DNA of 64,000 bases from Trueperaceae bacterium (GCA_965215565.1 CBDCDZ010000004.1:3104001-3168000); one strand, 5' to 3'; shown: positions 41,042-53,844, numbered from the stretch's first letter. Notes: a model not told the origin generated them from the sequence alone. Numbers and translations: made by a program.

Positions 41042-42601
41042 CTACAGCCTCGAGACCAAATCCACCCCATCCCGGACCTCTTGCACGGAGGGCGTTTTGC
41101 GCTGCCGCATGAGGTGATGGAACGCGGTCATCTCCTTGTCGCGCCCTGCCCCGGCTGCCGCTCTTATCTCACCGCCTTCGGCGTAGTAGGCGATGAATTC
41201 AGCGTTATCTACGTCGCCGTCTATAATGACCTCGTCCCAACTCTCCGCGTGACCGACGTAGCGCAGCTTGAGGTCAACCTGACCCGTCCAGAAGTAGGGG
41301 ACGCTGCCGTAAGGCTCGTCCTGACCCAACATGTTCTTCGCCGCGACGCGCCCATGCTGCGCAGCCAACCGCCAGTGCTCGATGCGTACGCGCTTACCCG
41401 AAACTGGGTCAGGATACGAGGCGATGTCGCCTGCGACGTAGAGTCCGTCCGCCACTCTAAGGTGCGCGTCCGCCAAGACGCCGCCGTCGTCCGCTAGCGG
41501 AACGCCTTCGAAGATGTCCGTCGCAGGCGACACGCCGATGCCTAACACGACGAAGTCCGCCTCCAACGTTTCCCCACTATCCAGCGTCACACCCGACACC
41601 GTCCCGTTGCCCTCGAAGCTCGACAACTTCGATTCGAGCTTGAAGTGCGTCCCCTTCTCGTCGTGTAAGCGCCGGAAGAGGTTGCCGACCTCGGGTCCGA
41701 GAATTTTGGCGAAGGGAATCTCTTCAGGGGCGACGACCGTCACATCAACCTCTTGGTCCTGGAGGCTCGAGGCGAGTTCTAAGCCGATGTAGCTCGAGCC
41801 AACGATGACCGCCTTTTGCCCCTTTTGCGCGGCTGAGAGGATCGCCCTTGCGTCATCTAGCGAGCGCAGCTTGTAGACGTTCTCAGCGTCCTCGCCCTTG
41901 AGCCCCAGGCTGTTCGGCATGCCGCCCGTCGCCACCAAAAGCGCGTCGTATTCCATCGTTTCGCCGTTCTTAAAAGTCAACGTCTTCGCGTCCGCGTCAA
42001 CCTTTGTGACCTCCGCCTCTAAACGCTCGATATCTCGCTCGTCGTAGAAGCTTTTGCTGCGCAGTTCCAGACTGGAGGGGTCCTCCGCCGCGCTCGGTCC
42101 TTTGCTGAGTTTGGTGCGGTCATAAGGTAGGTAGGACTCTTTCGAGATCATCACCAAGCGCCCGCTGTAACCCTCTTGGCGCAAAGTCTCTACCGCATTT
42201 GCGCCTGCGATACCGCCGCCTAAGATGACAAAGGTGCGCTCGTCGCTTTCGGTTAAATCAGGGGCGACCAAGGTCCGGCTGTCTTCCGCGTCACTGGGAA
42301 CCTCTACGTAGATATCGTCGCCGTCTACACGCACCTCGAAGGTGGGAAGGGAATCCAAACCGGGCGGCTCTAACTGCACACCCTCTTTGACCTCGAAGCA
42401 AGCGTGGTGCCAGGGACAAATCACTCTACCCTCGGAAATCGTTCCTTGCACGAGCGGCGCACCGTAGTGGGTGCACTTCGCGCCGACGGCGTAGAAGTCG
42501 CCGTCTACGTTAGCGAGGAGCACGTCCGTTTCCCCTACTGAAACTTGTTTCATCTCCCCGTTTTGCAAATCGTTCGTTTGGGCTACCTTTTGCTCAGCCA
42601 T
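41042..42601 (-). CDS. Rieske [2Fe-2S] plus FAD-dependent reductase fusion (AIF-like)
   Basis: CTHYG, CPWHHACF, GGGIAG, PYDRTKLSK, AGDIA, RIEHW. Confidence 0.92.
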   Translation of the reverse strand: MAEQKVAQTNDLQNGEMKQVSVGETDVLLANVDGDFYAVGAKCTHYGAPLVQGTISEGRVICPWHHACFEVKEGVQLEPPGLDSLPTFEVRVDGDDIYVEVPSDAEDSRTLVAPDLTESDERTFVILGGGIAGANAVETLRQEGYSGRLVMISKESYLPYDRTKLSKGPSAAEDPSSLELRSKSFYDERDIERLEAEVTKVDADAKTLTFKNGETMEYDALLVATGGMPNSLGLKGEDAENVYKLRSLDDARAILSAAQKGQKAVIVGSSYIGLELASSLQDQEVDVTVVAPEEIPFAKILGPEVGNLFRRLHDEKGTHFKLESKLSSFEGNGTVSGVTLDSGETLEADFVVLGIGVSPATDIFEGVPLADDGGVLADAHLRVADGLYVAGDIASYPDPVSGKRVRIEHWRLAAQHGRVAAKNMLGQDEPYGSVPYFWTGQVDLKLRYVGHAESWDEVIIDGDVDNAEFIAYYAEGGEIRAAAGAGRDKEMTAFHHLMRQRKTPSVQEVRDGVDLVSRL

Positions 42602-42720
42602 ACCTCACCTCTTCTCTCAAATTTTGCATGGCTTTAGCTTACTCAACCTGACCCTCACAAACGCCGTACCACACCCCATTTCAGACCCGCGTCTTAAACT
42701 GGGCTCGAGCTTCCACCACA

Positions 42721-42752
42721 AAAAAAGAGGTCAGGATAGGTCCTGACCTCTT
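42721..42752 (-). terminator. Intrinsic terminator of gyrA
   Basis: aaaaaagaggtcagga-tagg-tcctgacctctt (U-tract on the minus strand). Confidence 0.8.
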
Positions 42753-42774
42753 CAGACATCCAAGAGGGAACGCG

Positions 42775-45207
<2,433 letters not shown>

Positions 45208-45220
45208 GGGGAACCTCCGA

Positions 45221-45296
45221 AGCAGGTATCATCTGGTCAGAAACGCGCTCAGCAAAAGAGCAACTCAAATCCTCAGAGCGTAAGGATGATACCTGC
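45221..45296. repeat. Short element with family A-like inverted ends in the gyrA leader
   Basis: gcaggtatcatc...gatgatacctgc. Confidence 0.65.
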
Positions 45297-45523
45297 GTTT
45301 CGTCACTCTGATTCGGTACAACAGGGCGCATTTCCAGACCTCCTCGAGAGCCGAAAACCGCCCTTCAGAACGTTTTATTCTAACATTTTGAAATAGTCTT
45401 GCAGAACTAGTACACGACACCATTATGAGCGCGCGCAAGTGTGAGGTTTTTACGTGTTGTCCGGTTTAAGCGCTACTTGGCGGAAGCTAGCCGGAGAGCA
45501 GGCTCGAGCCCGACAAGTAGCAG

Positions 45524-46468
45524 TCACCTACTCAATGTGCGCCTGAGCGCCGCGAACGTTGTGAGTTCGACGCCCTCCGCTGTTACCTTCTGCGCCACTC
45601 GAGCGTCCGTAAGAGCGGCGAGTTCTACCTCGCGCCCCTTATACCCGTCGGCCGCCTCATCCAAATACCCAGGATGGCAGACCAGTTCGGTGACGCCTGC
45701 GGGGAGTTCTCCCAAGATGCGCAGCAGCGTCTCCACCGTCGCGGTGCTGTCAAAAAAGCCGATTTCGAAGTGGTCGGGCTCCAAGGCGACGCGGTCGTAG
45801 ATATGGTTATAGCGTTGCCAAGGAAGGGTCCCTAAGAGGGGCGGCATCCAGGGCTGTGTCAAGTAGAGGCGACGCGCCGCCTCTCTCTCCAGAAGCCGAA
45901 ACGCTTCACGCCCCCCTCGGCGCATGGGCAGCGCGTGCGTCTCCGCCAGGTCGAGCATGACCTCGCGGCACACCGCGCTTAGCGAGCCCACCATCTGGTG
46001 CGAGTCGAGGTGGTCAGGTAGCGTTTCTGTAAGCGCCACGAAGCGCTCCAACTGGGCGCTAAATTCAAGCTTGACCTCGCCGGGTTGCCAGCGGCGCGAC
46101 GAGGCGATGCCGCGAGAGACGCTCACGAACTGCCCGTCACCACGCACTAGGCTCGGCACCTCTGCTGGGTCCGAAAGAGGTCTTCCGTAACTCAAGTTGA
46201 GGTGCAGCCCCACGCCTAAATGTGGCGCGTTCTGGCGGATAAGCTCGAGCCCCGCTTGTACAAACGGCATATTCGTCATCGCTGTTGTCGAGGTGACGAC
46301 GCCGCACACCGCGCTCTCCAAAATACCCCGGTTGACGCCTGGCGAGAGCCCCAAATCATCCGCGTTGACGATGAGGCGTCTCGCCGCGCTATCCGCCGTT
46401 ACAGGAGACGAACCGTCAGATGAAGAGGTTGTTGGTGCGCTCGAGCCCTCTAATCTAGTACTACCCAT
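45524..46468 (-). CDS. ChbG/HpnK (YdjC) family deacetylase
   Basis: NADDLG, GLHLNL, HLDSHQ, ELVCHPG. Confidence 0.9.
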   Translation of the reverse strand: MGSTRLEGSSAPTTSSSDGSSPVTADSAARRLIVNADDLGLSPGVNRGILESAVCGVVTSTTAMTNMPFVQAGLELIRQNAPHLGVGLHLNLSYGRPLSDPAEVPSLVRGDGQFVSVSRGIASSRRWQPGEVKLEFSAQLERFVALTETLPDHLDSHQMVGSLSAVCREVMLDLAETHALPMRRGGREAFRLLEREAARRLYLTQPWMPPLLGTLPWQRYNHIYDRVALEPDHFEIGFFDSTATVETLLRILGELPAGVTELVCHPGYLDEAADGYKGREVELAALTDARVAQKVTAEGVELTTFAALRRTLSR

Positions 46469-46600
46469 CGCATTTATCTTATCAAGAGGTTGGTTTTAGA
46501 GGAGCGGAGTTGACCTCTTTGAAGCTCGATTGAGTCATACCTGCTATAGTAGAACTGTTGGACAGTCATACTTTTAGATAGCTATGCTTTGGAGGTTGTC

Positions 46601-46858
46601 ATGCCGCTCGTCCGCGTGAAACGCAAACACCAAGTGACAATTCCCGTGAAAGTACGTGAGGCGCTCGAGTTGGATGAGGGCGATTTGCTCAATGTCGAAG
46701 TGGAAGGCAACCGCATTGTGCTTACACCGCAAATCGTCACGGAGCGTGACGATATAAAAGCGGCAGTTGCTGAGGCTTTGGAGGATGTGAAAGCGGGAAG
46801 GGTTTCGCCTGCTTTTAGTTCGTCGGAAGAGTTGCAAGTTTGGCTTGACGAAGAGTAG
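46601..46858 (+). CDS. AbrB/MazE-family DNA-binding protein (antitoxin-like)
   Basis: QVTIPVKVREALELDEGD, IVLTP. Confidence 0.85.
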   Translation: MPLVRVKRKHQVTIPVKVREALELDEGDLLNVEVEGNRIVLTPQIVTERDDIKAAVAEALEDVKAGRVSPAFSSSEELQVWLDEE

Positions 46859-46902
46859 GCGCTTGTAGAGATCGCACTAAACAGAGCTAAGTCAGCTTTT
46901 AG

Positions 46903-47394
46903 TTAATCGCGTTCAACGTAAGCGAAAACTTCAACCTCAGCGTCTTCGTTTCCAATACCGACAATGAACTTTCTATCAGGAAAGAGGTTGGTCAACTTCC
47001 ATCGCCACATCTTCTCAACTTCTCTCGCGATAGAGATGATGACTTCTTTTGAAGTGTCATAGTAGTCGGAGTCGTTCAAGCAAAAATCATTCAAATGAAC
47101 ATGATTGTACAGGTACTCAATGCCTGAAAGAGACCGACCCTCCCGTTCACATTGCGCTATATCGTCCTCGAGGTTATCCGGGATACTTCCTTCGCGTAAG
47201 ATGAGCCCCTTTACCTCTACAAACTCAGGACTAAAAAGCTCGAGGAATAAGACCATCTGATCAAAGGTTGCGTAACTACTTCGGTACACTTTGATACGCT
47301 CTTCGATAGATTCGGTAGGGGAGCCGCTATTGACAACGTACCAGCGTTGAAAAGCAGGAAGTTCCTCGAGGAGTTTGAGTTTTCTATCTATCAT
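46903..47394 (-). CDS. Hypothetical protein, lower GC
   Basis: 163-aa ORF directly downstream of asd. Confidence 0.6.
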   Translation of the reverse strand: MIDRKLKLLEELPAFQRWYVVNSGSPTESIEERIKVYRSSYATFDQMVLFLELFSPEFVEVKGLILREGSIPDNLEDDIAQCEREGRSLSGIEYLYNHVHLNDFCLNDSDYYDTSKEVIISIAREVEKMWRWKLTNLFPDRKFIVGIGNEDAEVEVFAYVERD

Positions 47395-47406
47395 TGAGCT
47401 AGAGAA

Positions 47407-48411
47407 TTAGAGCGCCCCTTGCGCGTGCAGATACTCGCCAATCTGCACCGCGTTCAAAGCCGCCCCCTTGCGAATCTGATCGCCTGCGACAAAGAGCGCA
47501 ATCCCGCCGGGGTTGCTCACATCTTCGCGGATGCGCCCGACTAAAACCTCGTCGCGCTCGCTCGCCTCTAAAGGCATCGGGAAGTGGTTGTTCGCGCGGT
47601 CATCCACGACTTTGAGCCCGGCGGCGCGGCACAAGGTCTCTCGCGCCTCCGCTTCGCTCACCGGGCGCGAAAACTCCGCGTGAATCGCCTCGCTGTGAGC
47701 GCGAAAGACGGGCACGCGCACACAGGTGGCGCTGATACGCAAATCACTGTTGGAGAGGATTTTTTGGGACTCGAGCGTCAGTTTACGCTCCTCGACGTTG
47801 TAGCCGTCCTCGCCTATATCGCTGTCATGCGAGAAGAGGTTGAAGGCGATGGGATGCTGGAACTTCTTGGGTTCCACGCTCTCACCCGCTAGCGCGCCTC
47901 TTGTCTGCGATTCAAGCTCGTCAAACCCTGCTGCTCCCGCGCCCGACACGGCTTGATAGGTGGCAACCGTCGCCCGTTTCAAACCGAACGCGCGGTGCAG
48001 CGGCGCAAGCGCCATCAGCGCGATAATCGTCGAGCAGTTCGGGTTGGCAATCACACCTCGGTGCTTTAAAGCGGCGTCCCCGTTGATTTCCGGGATGACC
48101 AAAGGTGCACGCTCGTCCATGCGCCACGCGCTGGTGTTGTCGATGACAACTGCGCCGTGCTCCGCCCAGTTCCAAGCGTGCGCTTTGGAGATGCTGCCGC
48201 CCGCCGAAGAGAAGACTACGTCCGCGTCCAAGTTGCCATCTTCCGGGAGCGCCTGCACTGTCACCTCTCGCCCCGCGAACGTCACCGTTTTCCCTGCCGA
48301 ACGCGGCGAAGCGTAAAGCCCCAGTTCCGTGATCGGAAAGCTCCGCTCGGCTAAAAGGTTCAAAAACTCCTGTCCAACGGCTCCGGTGGCTCCGGCAATG
48401 GCTACGCGCAT
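47407..48411 (-). CDS. asd: Aspartate-semialdehyde dehydrogenase
   Basis: GATGAVG, IANPNCST, YQAVSGAG, RKGAALNAVQI; GGAGG RBS before MRVAI. Confidence 0.95.
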   Translation of the reverse strand: MRVAIAGATGAVGQEFLNLLAERSFPITELGLYASPRSAGKTVTFAGREVTVQALPEDGNLDADVVFSSAGGSISKAHAWNWAEHGAVVIDNTSAWRMDERAPLVIPEINGDAALKHRGVIANPNCSTIIALMALAPLHRAFGLKRATVATYQAVSGAGAAGFDELESQTRGALAGESVEPKKFQHPIAFNLFSHDSDIGEDGYNVEERKLTLESQKILSNSDLRISATCVRVPVFRAHSEAIHAEFSRPVSEAEARETLCRAAGLKVVDDRANNHFPMPLEASERDEVLVGRIREDVSNPGGIALFVAGDQIRKGAALNAVQIGEYLHAQGAL

Positions 48412-48672
48412 GGTGCACTCCTCCAAATCGGTGAGCGGAACAAGGTCCGCAAGTTCAGCATAAACTATCATGGGGTCAGGTGTTTGCACTGAGGTATCCT
48501 TCATGCTGTATGGAAAGAGCAATGAGTTGAAAACAATCCAGTCGAGCTGGTGGCTTTAGCTTCCGCAGGAACGAACGGTGAGCAATGAGTCTAAGGGATT
48601 TCACTCATTGCTCATTGCTTCTCAGTAGAGACTACCTTCCGCTAGCAATCCGCTTATTTTGAAAGGACCATC

Positions 48673-49227
48673 ATGAAACGCATCGCTATCGACATGGACG
48701 AAGTCACCGCTGACACCTTTGGTGGACGCATCAAGCGCTACAACGAGGTGTTCGAGACCACGCTCGAGCCGAGCGATTTCACGGGTAAGCGCGTCTTCGA
48801 CGTCATCCCCGAAGAGCGCCGTGACCTCATGAAACTGCACATGCGCGAGCCTGGTTTTTTCACCTCTTTGGCGGTGATGGAGGGGGCGCAAGAGGTCATC
48901 CGTGAGCTTGCTGAACACTACGAGGTCTTTTTTGTCACGGCGGCGATGGAGGTGCCTACCTCTTTAAGTGAAAAGTTCATCTGGCTGCGCACCCACTTCC
49001 CCTTTATCGACCCGATGAACTACGTGTTTTGCGGTCACAAGTTCGTCATCGCGGCGGACTACCTCATCGACGACCACGCGCGGCACTTCGAAACCTTTCC
49101 GGGCGAGGGCATCCTCTTTAGCGCGCCGCACAATGCGGATCAGCGGGCGAACGAAGAGGGGCATCAGCGCGTCCGCTCGTGGGTAGAGGTGCGCGAGCTA
49201 TTTATGAATGAGCTAAAAGCGAGTTAG
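48673..49227 (+). CDS. 5'(3')-deoxyribonucleotidase (NT5C-like HAD)
   Basis: IAIDMDEV, ADYLIDD, APHN. Confidence 0.88.
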   Translation: MKRIAIDMDEVTADTFGGRIKRYNEVFETTLEPSDFTGKRVFDVIPEERRDLMKLHMREPGFFTSLAVMEGAQEVIRELAEHYEVFFVTAAMEVPTSLSEKFIWLRTHFPFIDPMNYVFCGHKFVIAADYLIDDHARHFETFPGEGILFSAPHNADQRANEEGHQRVRSWVEVRELFMNELKAS

Positions 49228-49235
49228 AGTAGCGT

Positions 49236-49496
49236 ATGACTGACTGGATTGATTGGGGAAAGCTCGAGCAAACTATCCCCCTGGACTCCCTCCCCCGCTT
49301 CCACCGCGACTTCTTGAAACTCACCCGCCCCGAAGGGGATTGGGAGGCGGCTCCCCTGCGGCAGATTCAGGGGAAGGTGCAAGCGAGCTTGAAGAGGTTG
49401 GAGCGCGAGGGCAGGGCGAAGACGGAAGGAGATACGCTCTTTGTGGTGAAAGAGGTCATTCCCAAGGATTTTCAGCACTACGTTGACGCGCTTTGA
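49236..49496 (+). CDS. Hypothetical protein
   Basis: Operon-like spacing, typical composition. Confidence 0.6.
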   Translation: MTDWIDWGKLEQTIPLDSLPRFHRDFLKLTRPEGDWEAAPLRQIQGKVQASLKRLEREGRAKTEGDTLFVVKEVIPKDFQHYVDAL

Positions 49497-49538
49497 TACG
49501 GAATACTTCTCTCGATATTCAAAAGGCTAAAAAATATT

Positions 49539-50339
49539 GTGGTAAATATTAACCTTTCGTTACCAGAGATTGTCTGTATTCAAATTCCGTTTGGGAATCA
49601 CCGAAACATAGCTAAAGTTTTGAGTCATGTTTCTGAAAATGAGTCTGCTACTATAAAAACTAATCTTGGTCAGATAGTCGTTGAACTGAGTCAAAACGAA
49701 TTCTTAGTTGACTCGAATAACGCGGCAGAACTTGTTCTTAAACTTCCAGACAAAGAACTGAAGTACCTCATTCAACTTCTATATGAGCTTGTTCGTGAAG
49801 CTTCAACTATTTACCTTGATTACAGCTTTGAAAGCACCGGCGCTGATATAACGCCGCCCGAAATAAGAGACGTTGTTATAGAAACAACTGAACTAACTTC
49901 CACACGACCTCTTTTCATCGTTAACGTCGAAGGGGCAATCGTGCGCGGCGGGCGCTACCTCATGATTTTAAGAGGTCAAGGTGAAAGCCACGCGCCGGGG
50001 ACGCTGTCTATGCCTGGGGGCAAGGTTGAATTAGATGAAATCGGGGGCAATGTGCTCGAGACCGCTCTAAAACGTGAGATTCGAGAAGAGGTGGGGCTCG
50101 AGCTTGCCTCTATTCACTACCTCGAGAGCAAATCCTTCGTCGCAGATGACGGCGAGCCGGTGGTGGATATCGTCTTTCTTTGCGCTTGCGAAGAGGGTGA
50201 GCCTATTATCGGAGACCCCGAAGAGGTCGCGACACTCTACTGGCTCACGGCGCAAGAGGTCTACGCGCATCCCAAAACACCCCCTTGGATTCGGCAAAGC
50301 ATTCAAAGAGCTGAAGAGGTGCGGGTGTCGGGGCGATGA
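49539..50339 (+). CDS. NUDIX hydrolase with an AT-rich N-terminal extension
   Basis: PGGKVE...ALKREIREEVGL Nudix box in the C-terminal half. Confidence 0.75.
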   Translation: MVNINLSLPEIVCIQIPFGNHRNIAKVLSHVSENESATIKTNLGQIVVELSQNEFLVDSNNAAELVLKLPDKELKYLIQLLYELVREASTIYLDYSFESTGADITPPEIRDVVIETTELTSTRPLFIVNVEGAIVRGGRYLMILRGQGESHAPGTLSMPGGKVELDEIGGNVLETALKREIREEVGLELASIHYLESKSFVADDGEPVVDIVFLCACEEGEPIIGDPEEVATLYWLTAQEVYAHPKTPPWIRQSIQRAEEVRVSGR

Positions 50340-51421
50340 AAGGGTGGAAGAGGATTGTGGTGAAGGTGGGCTCGAGTTCCATCACGGACGACTCGGGGCG
50401 CATCCACCCGCCGTCGATGTGGGCGATTGCGCGGGGGATGCAGGTGGTCCAGGAGGCGTTTTCGTGCAGGGGCATCCTCGTCTCGTCGGGCGCGGGCGCG
50501 GCGGGGCGCGAGCAGCTCGGGCTGTCGCTGCCGCTCACCTTGCCGGATAAGCAAGCGGCGGCGGCGGTGGGGCAGACGCTGCTGATGCTCGACTGGGCGC
50601 GGGCGTTAGCGCCGCTACCTGTCGCCCAACTCCTCCTCACCGCGTCGGACGTGCAGGACAGGGAGCGCTACGTGAACGCGAAGAATGCGCTAGAAGCCTC
50701 CCTCAAGCTCGGCGCGGTGCCGATTATCAACGAGAACGACTCGGTGGCAACCTCAGAAATCAAGCTGGGCGACAACGACACCCTTTCCGCTTGGGCGGCG
50801 TATTTAGTCGGCGCGGACGCGCTGATTATCCTCACGGATGTCGAAGGTCTCTTTGATTCTGATCCGCGCACGAATTTAGCGGCGAAGCGTTTAGAGATCG
50901 TCGAGGACGTGAAAGAGGTGAGTCACTTAGCGGGCAAAGCGGGCTCGAGCCGAGGCACGGGCGGCATGGTCACGAAGCTGCGCGCGGCGAGGATTGCAAC
51001 TGAGGCGGGTATCGAAACGCTCATTATCGGCGGGGGCGGCGCGGCGCTAGAGGCGCTAGCGAGAGGTGAGGTGCGCGGCACGCGCTTTCTCGCGCAGGCG
51101 CATCCGCCCGCGCGCAAAGCGTGGTTGGCGCAGCAGCCCACGAAAGGGCGCATCACCGTGGACGCGGGCGCGGCGCGTGCGCTCAAGGCGGGGCGAAGTC
51201 TGTTGCCGAGCGGAATCACCGAAGTGTCGGGAGCGTTTAGTTTCGGTGACGCCGTCTCAGTCGAGCACGAGGGACAACCTCTTGCGAGGGGGTTGGCGAA
51301 CTACTCAGGGTCCTCGTTGCAAAAAATCAAAGGAAGACAGACGCGCGACATCGCGTCGGTTTTGGGCTACAAGGATTACGACGAGGTCATCCACCGCGAC
51401 AACTTAGTGCTCACCAGCTAA
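50336..51421 (+). CDS. proB: Glutamate 5-kinase
   Basis: VVKVGSS, INENDSV, GDNDTLSA, GTGGMVTK, PUA domain. Confidence 0.96.
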   Translation: MKGWKRIVVKVGSSSITDDSGRIHPPSMWAIARGMQVVQEAFSCRGILVSSGAGAAGREQLGLSLPLTLPDKQAAAAVGQTLLMLDWARALAPLPVAQLLLTASDVQDRERYVNAKNALEASLKLGAVPIINENDSVATSEIKLGDNDTLSAWAAYLVGADALIILTDVEGLFDSDPRTNLAAKRLEIVEDVKEVSHLAGKAGSSRGTGGMVTKLRAARIATEAGIETLIIGGGGAALEALARGEVRGTRFLAQAHPPARKAWLAQQPTKGRITVDAGAARALKAGRSLLPSGITEVSGAFSFGDAVSVEHEGQPLARGLANYSGSSLQKIKGRQTRDIASVLGYKDYDEVIHRDNLVLTS

Positions 51422-51592
51422 GGGCATATCTTTGACCCCGCCTCCCGGTGGAGCTTCGTAAGGCTAGATAGCGTACACACAGTAGCGCCGTGAGCTTCCC
51501 CTACTTGCTTCTTACTTTTTGCTTCTTGCTTCTCACTTCCCCATCCAGCCCCATGAATCTCAGCTTCGAAGAACACGAAACATCGACAGAAT

Positions 51593-53074
51593 TTATGATT
51601 CCGCTTGCAGCTTAAAGCTGAAGACCGTCCCCTGACCCAGCGTGCTGCGCACCTCGAAGTGGCTGCCGTGCAGCTCGAGGATGCGTTTCGCAATCGCTAA
51701 GCCCAAGCCCGCCCCGGAGCCCTCGGAGCGCCCCGCGTGTCCTTTAGGCGGGCGGTAGTAGCGCTCGAAGATGCGCGGCAGGTCCTCCGCCGCGATGCCT
51801 TCGCCCGTGTCAGTGACACAGGTTTGGACGAAATCGCCCACGGCGCTCTCGACTGACTCGAGGCTCAGCGCCACCGCGCCGCCAGCGGGCGTATGCCGGA
51901 CCGCGTTATCGAGCAGGTTGGCGAGCACGCGCTCCAAGAGCGCCACGTCGCCCCGGACGAGCACGTCGCGTTCGGGCTCGAACTCGAGCCGCACCCCCTT
52001 AGCTTCGGCTTGGAGTCTGAACTCCGCGAGCACGTCCTGGGCGAGTTCGGCCAACGAGAAGGGCTCGGGTTGCGGCGTGACTTGCCCCGCGTCCAGCTTG
52101 GCGAGTTCGAACAGTTCGTGGATGAGCACGCCTAAGCGCTCGCTCTGCCGCAAGGCTATCCCTAAGAAGTGCTCCTGCTCGGCGAGGGTGAGCGTGCCGT
52201 TTTTGAGTTGCAGCGTTTCCAGATATCCCCTTAAAGAGGTCAGCGGTGTTCTCAGGTCATGCGAGACGTTGGTGATGAGTTCGCGGCGCTGCGCGTCCAC
52301 CTCCCTGAGTTCGCGCAGTTGCGCCTCGATGGTGCGGGTCATCTGGTGAAACACGTTGCCGAGCCGGTCCACCTCGTCGCTCATGAGGCCGGGGGGCGCA
52401 GCCGCTATGCTCAAGGCGTCGCCGGGGCGGTAGCGCTCCACTGCCTGTGTAAGCCGCCGCAAGCGCCGCGTCAAGAAGAAAAAGAGAGCGATGCCGAGCA
52501 GAAAGGTGACGGCGCAGACTAGCGCGGTGCTCCAGAGGGCGAGGCGGGCGGCGAGACTGCCCTGCGATATCTGCCCTACCACTTCCAACGGGGTGACGCT
52601 CGCGTCACGCTGCAGCGCAAGGTAGAGGTAGGCGCTCGGTGTGGGTGTGTCGGGCAGGGGCGCGGCGGAGAAGACGATGCGTCCGTCCGTCCTTTTGGGG
52701 TCATCGCCGTAAATGGGCAGCGGCGCGCCGCTCAGAAAAGCGTGAATGGGCTCCAACCCGAGCCTCGAGCGTGCTAAGTCGCTGCTCGAGGAGGTGATGA
52801 TGTCCCCGTCCGGGCTCACTAAGTACGCCTCGATGTCGGGGTTTAGGCGCACCAACTCCTTGAAGCATTCCATGAGCGCCTCGTCGCTCGTTTTGCCGTC
52901 TAACATGAGGAGCGCGGAGCGCGCGACGTTGTCGGCGAGCGCGGCGTTCGCCTGCTGGCGCACCTCTAGATCGTGGGCGCGCAAGAGCCACGTCGTCAAG
53001 CCGATAAAGAGCACCGCGAGCACGAGCAGCAGCGCGAAGAGCGCCAGCGCGAGCTTGCCGTGCAGGTTAAGCAT
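51593..53074 (-). CDS. HAMP-domain sensor histidine kinase
   Basis: SHDLRTPL, NLLDNA, DTGEGI, GLGLAI. Confidence 0.94.
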   Translation of the reverse strand: MLNLHGKLALALFALLLVLAVLFIGLTTWLLRAHDLEVRQQANAALADNVARSALLMLDGKTSDEALMECFKELVRLNPDIEAYLVSPDGDIITSSSSDLARSRLGLEPIHAFLSGAPLPIYGDDPKRTDGRIVFSAAPLPDTPTPSAYLYLALQRDASVTPLEVVGQISQGSLAARLALWSTALVCAVTFLLGIALFFFLTRRLRRLTQAVERYRPGDALSIAAAPPGLMSDEVDRLGNVFHQMTRTIEAQLRELREVDAQRRELITNVSHDLRTPLTSLRGYLETLQLKNGTLTLAEQEHFLGIALRQSERLGVLIHELFELAKLDAGQVTPQPEPFSLAELAQDVLAEFRLQAEAKGVRLEFEPERDVLVRGDVALLERVLANLLDNAVRHTPAGGAVALSLESVESAVGDFVQTCVTDTGEGIAAEDLPRIFERYYRPPKGHAGRSEGSGAGLGLAIAKRILELHGSHFEVRSTLGQGTVFSFKLQAES

Positions 53075-53822
53075 GGCGCTCTAGGGTCTCAGCCAGGGCG
53101 TCGCTGAACTTATAGCCGACGCCCCACACAGTTAGGATATATTCGGGCTGGGCCGGGTCCGCCTCGAGCTTTGTGCGCAGCCGGTTGATGTGTGAGTTGA
53201 CGGTGTGCTCGAACCCATCGAAGCCCGCGCCCCACACGCCGTCTAGGAGCGCCTTGCGGCTGTAGACGCGCCCCGGCGCGCGCATGAAGTAGTGAAGCAA
53301 TTCGAACTCACGGGCGGTCAACTCGAGCGCGCGCCCCGCTAAGGTGACGCGGCGGGCATCTGGCTCGAGCCGCAGCGCCCCAACCTCTAAAGGACGCCCC
53401 TGGACCGCCTCCTCAGCCGCCTCGAAGCGGCGCAGGAGCGCCTTGACCCGCGCCAAGACCTCTCTGGGGCTAAAGGGTTTCTCGACGTAGTCGTCCGCGC
53501 CACTCTCCAGCCCGAGCACCCGCTCCGGCTCGCCCGCTTTGGCGCTCAAGATAAGGATCGGCGTGTAGTGAGGCTGTGAGCGCACCACTTTGCAGAGGCT
53601 CAGCCCGTCCACGCCCGGTAGCATCAGGTCTAGGAGGACGAGATCGAAGCGCGCATCCGTGAGGCGCTCTAGCGCCTCGAGCCCGCTGTGCACTAAAAGA
53701 GGTGCGAAGCCCGCGTCGCGTAGGTGCAACTCTAGCAGCGCCGCAATGTCGCGGTCGTCCTCGACGACGAGCACACGCTTAGCGGGCGGCGTGTTCGCGA
53801 GGGGCGTAGCGGATATATCCAT
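53067..53822 (-). CDS. OmpR-family response regulator
   Basis: VEDD, LDLMLP, GADDY.KPF, TVWGVGY. Confidence 0.94.
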   Translation of the reverse strand: MDISATPLANTPPAKRVLVVEDDRDIAALLELHLRDAGFAPLLVHSGLEALERLTDARFDLVLLDLMLPGVDGLSLCKVVRSQPHYTPILILSAKAGEPERVLGLESGADDYVEKPFSPREVLARVKALLRRFEAAEEAVQGRPLEVGALRLEPDARRVTLAGRALELTAREFELLHYFMRAPGRVYSRKALLDGVWGAGFDGFEHTVNSHINRLRTKLEADPAQPEYILTVWGVGYKFSDALAETLERHA

Positions 53823-53844
53823 TTCTCTATAGTAACGCGAACCT

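Noticed and set aside
45380..45470. DdrO/RDRM box upstream of gyrA
   Set aside because: ttatgagcgcgcgcaa has the wrong spacing and a poor match to the 17-bp palindrome
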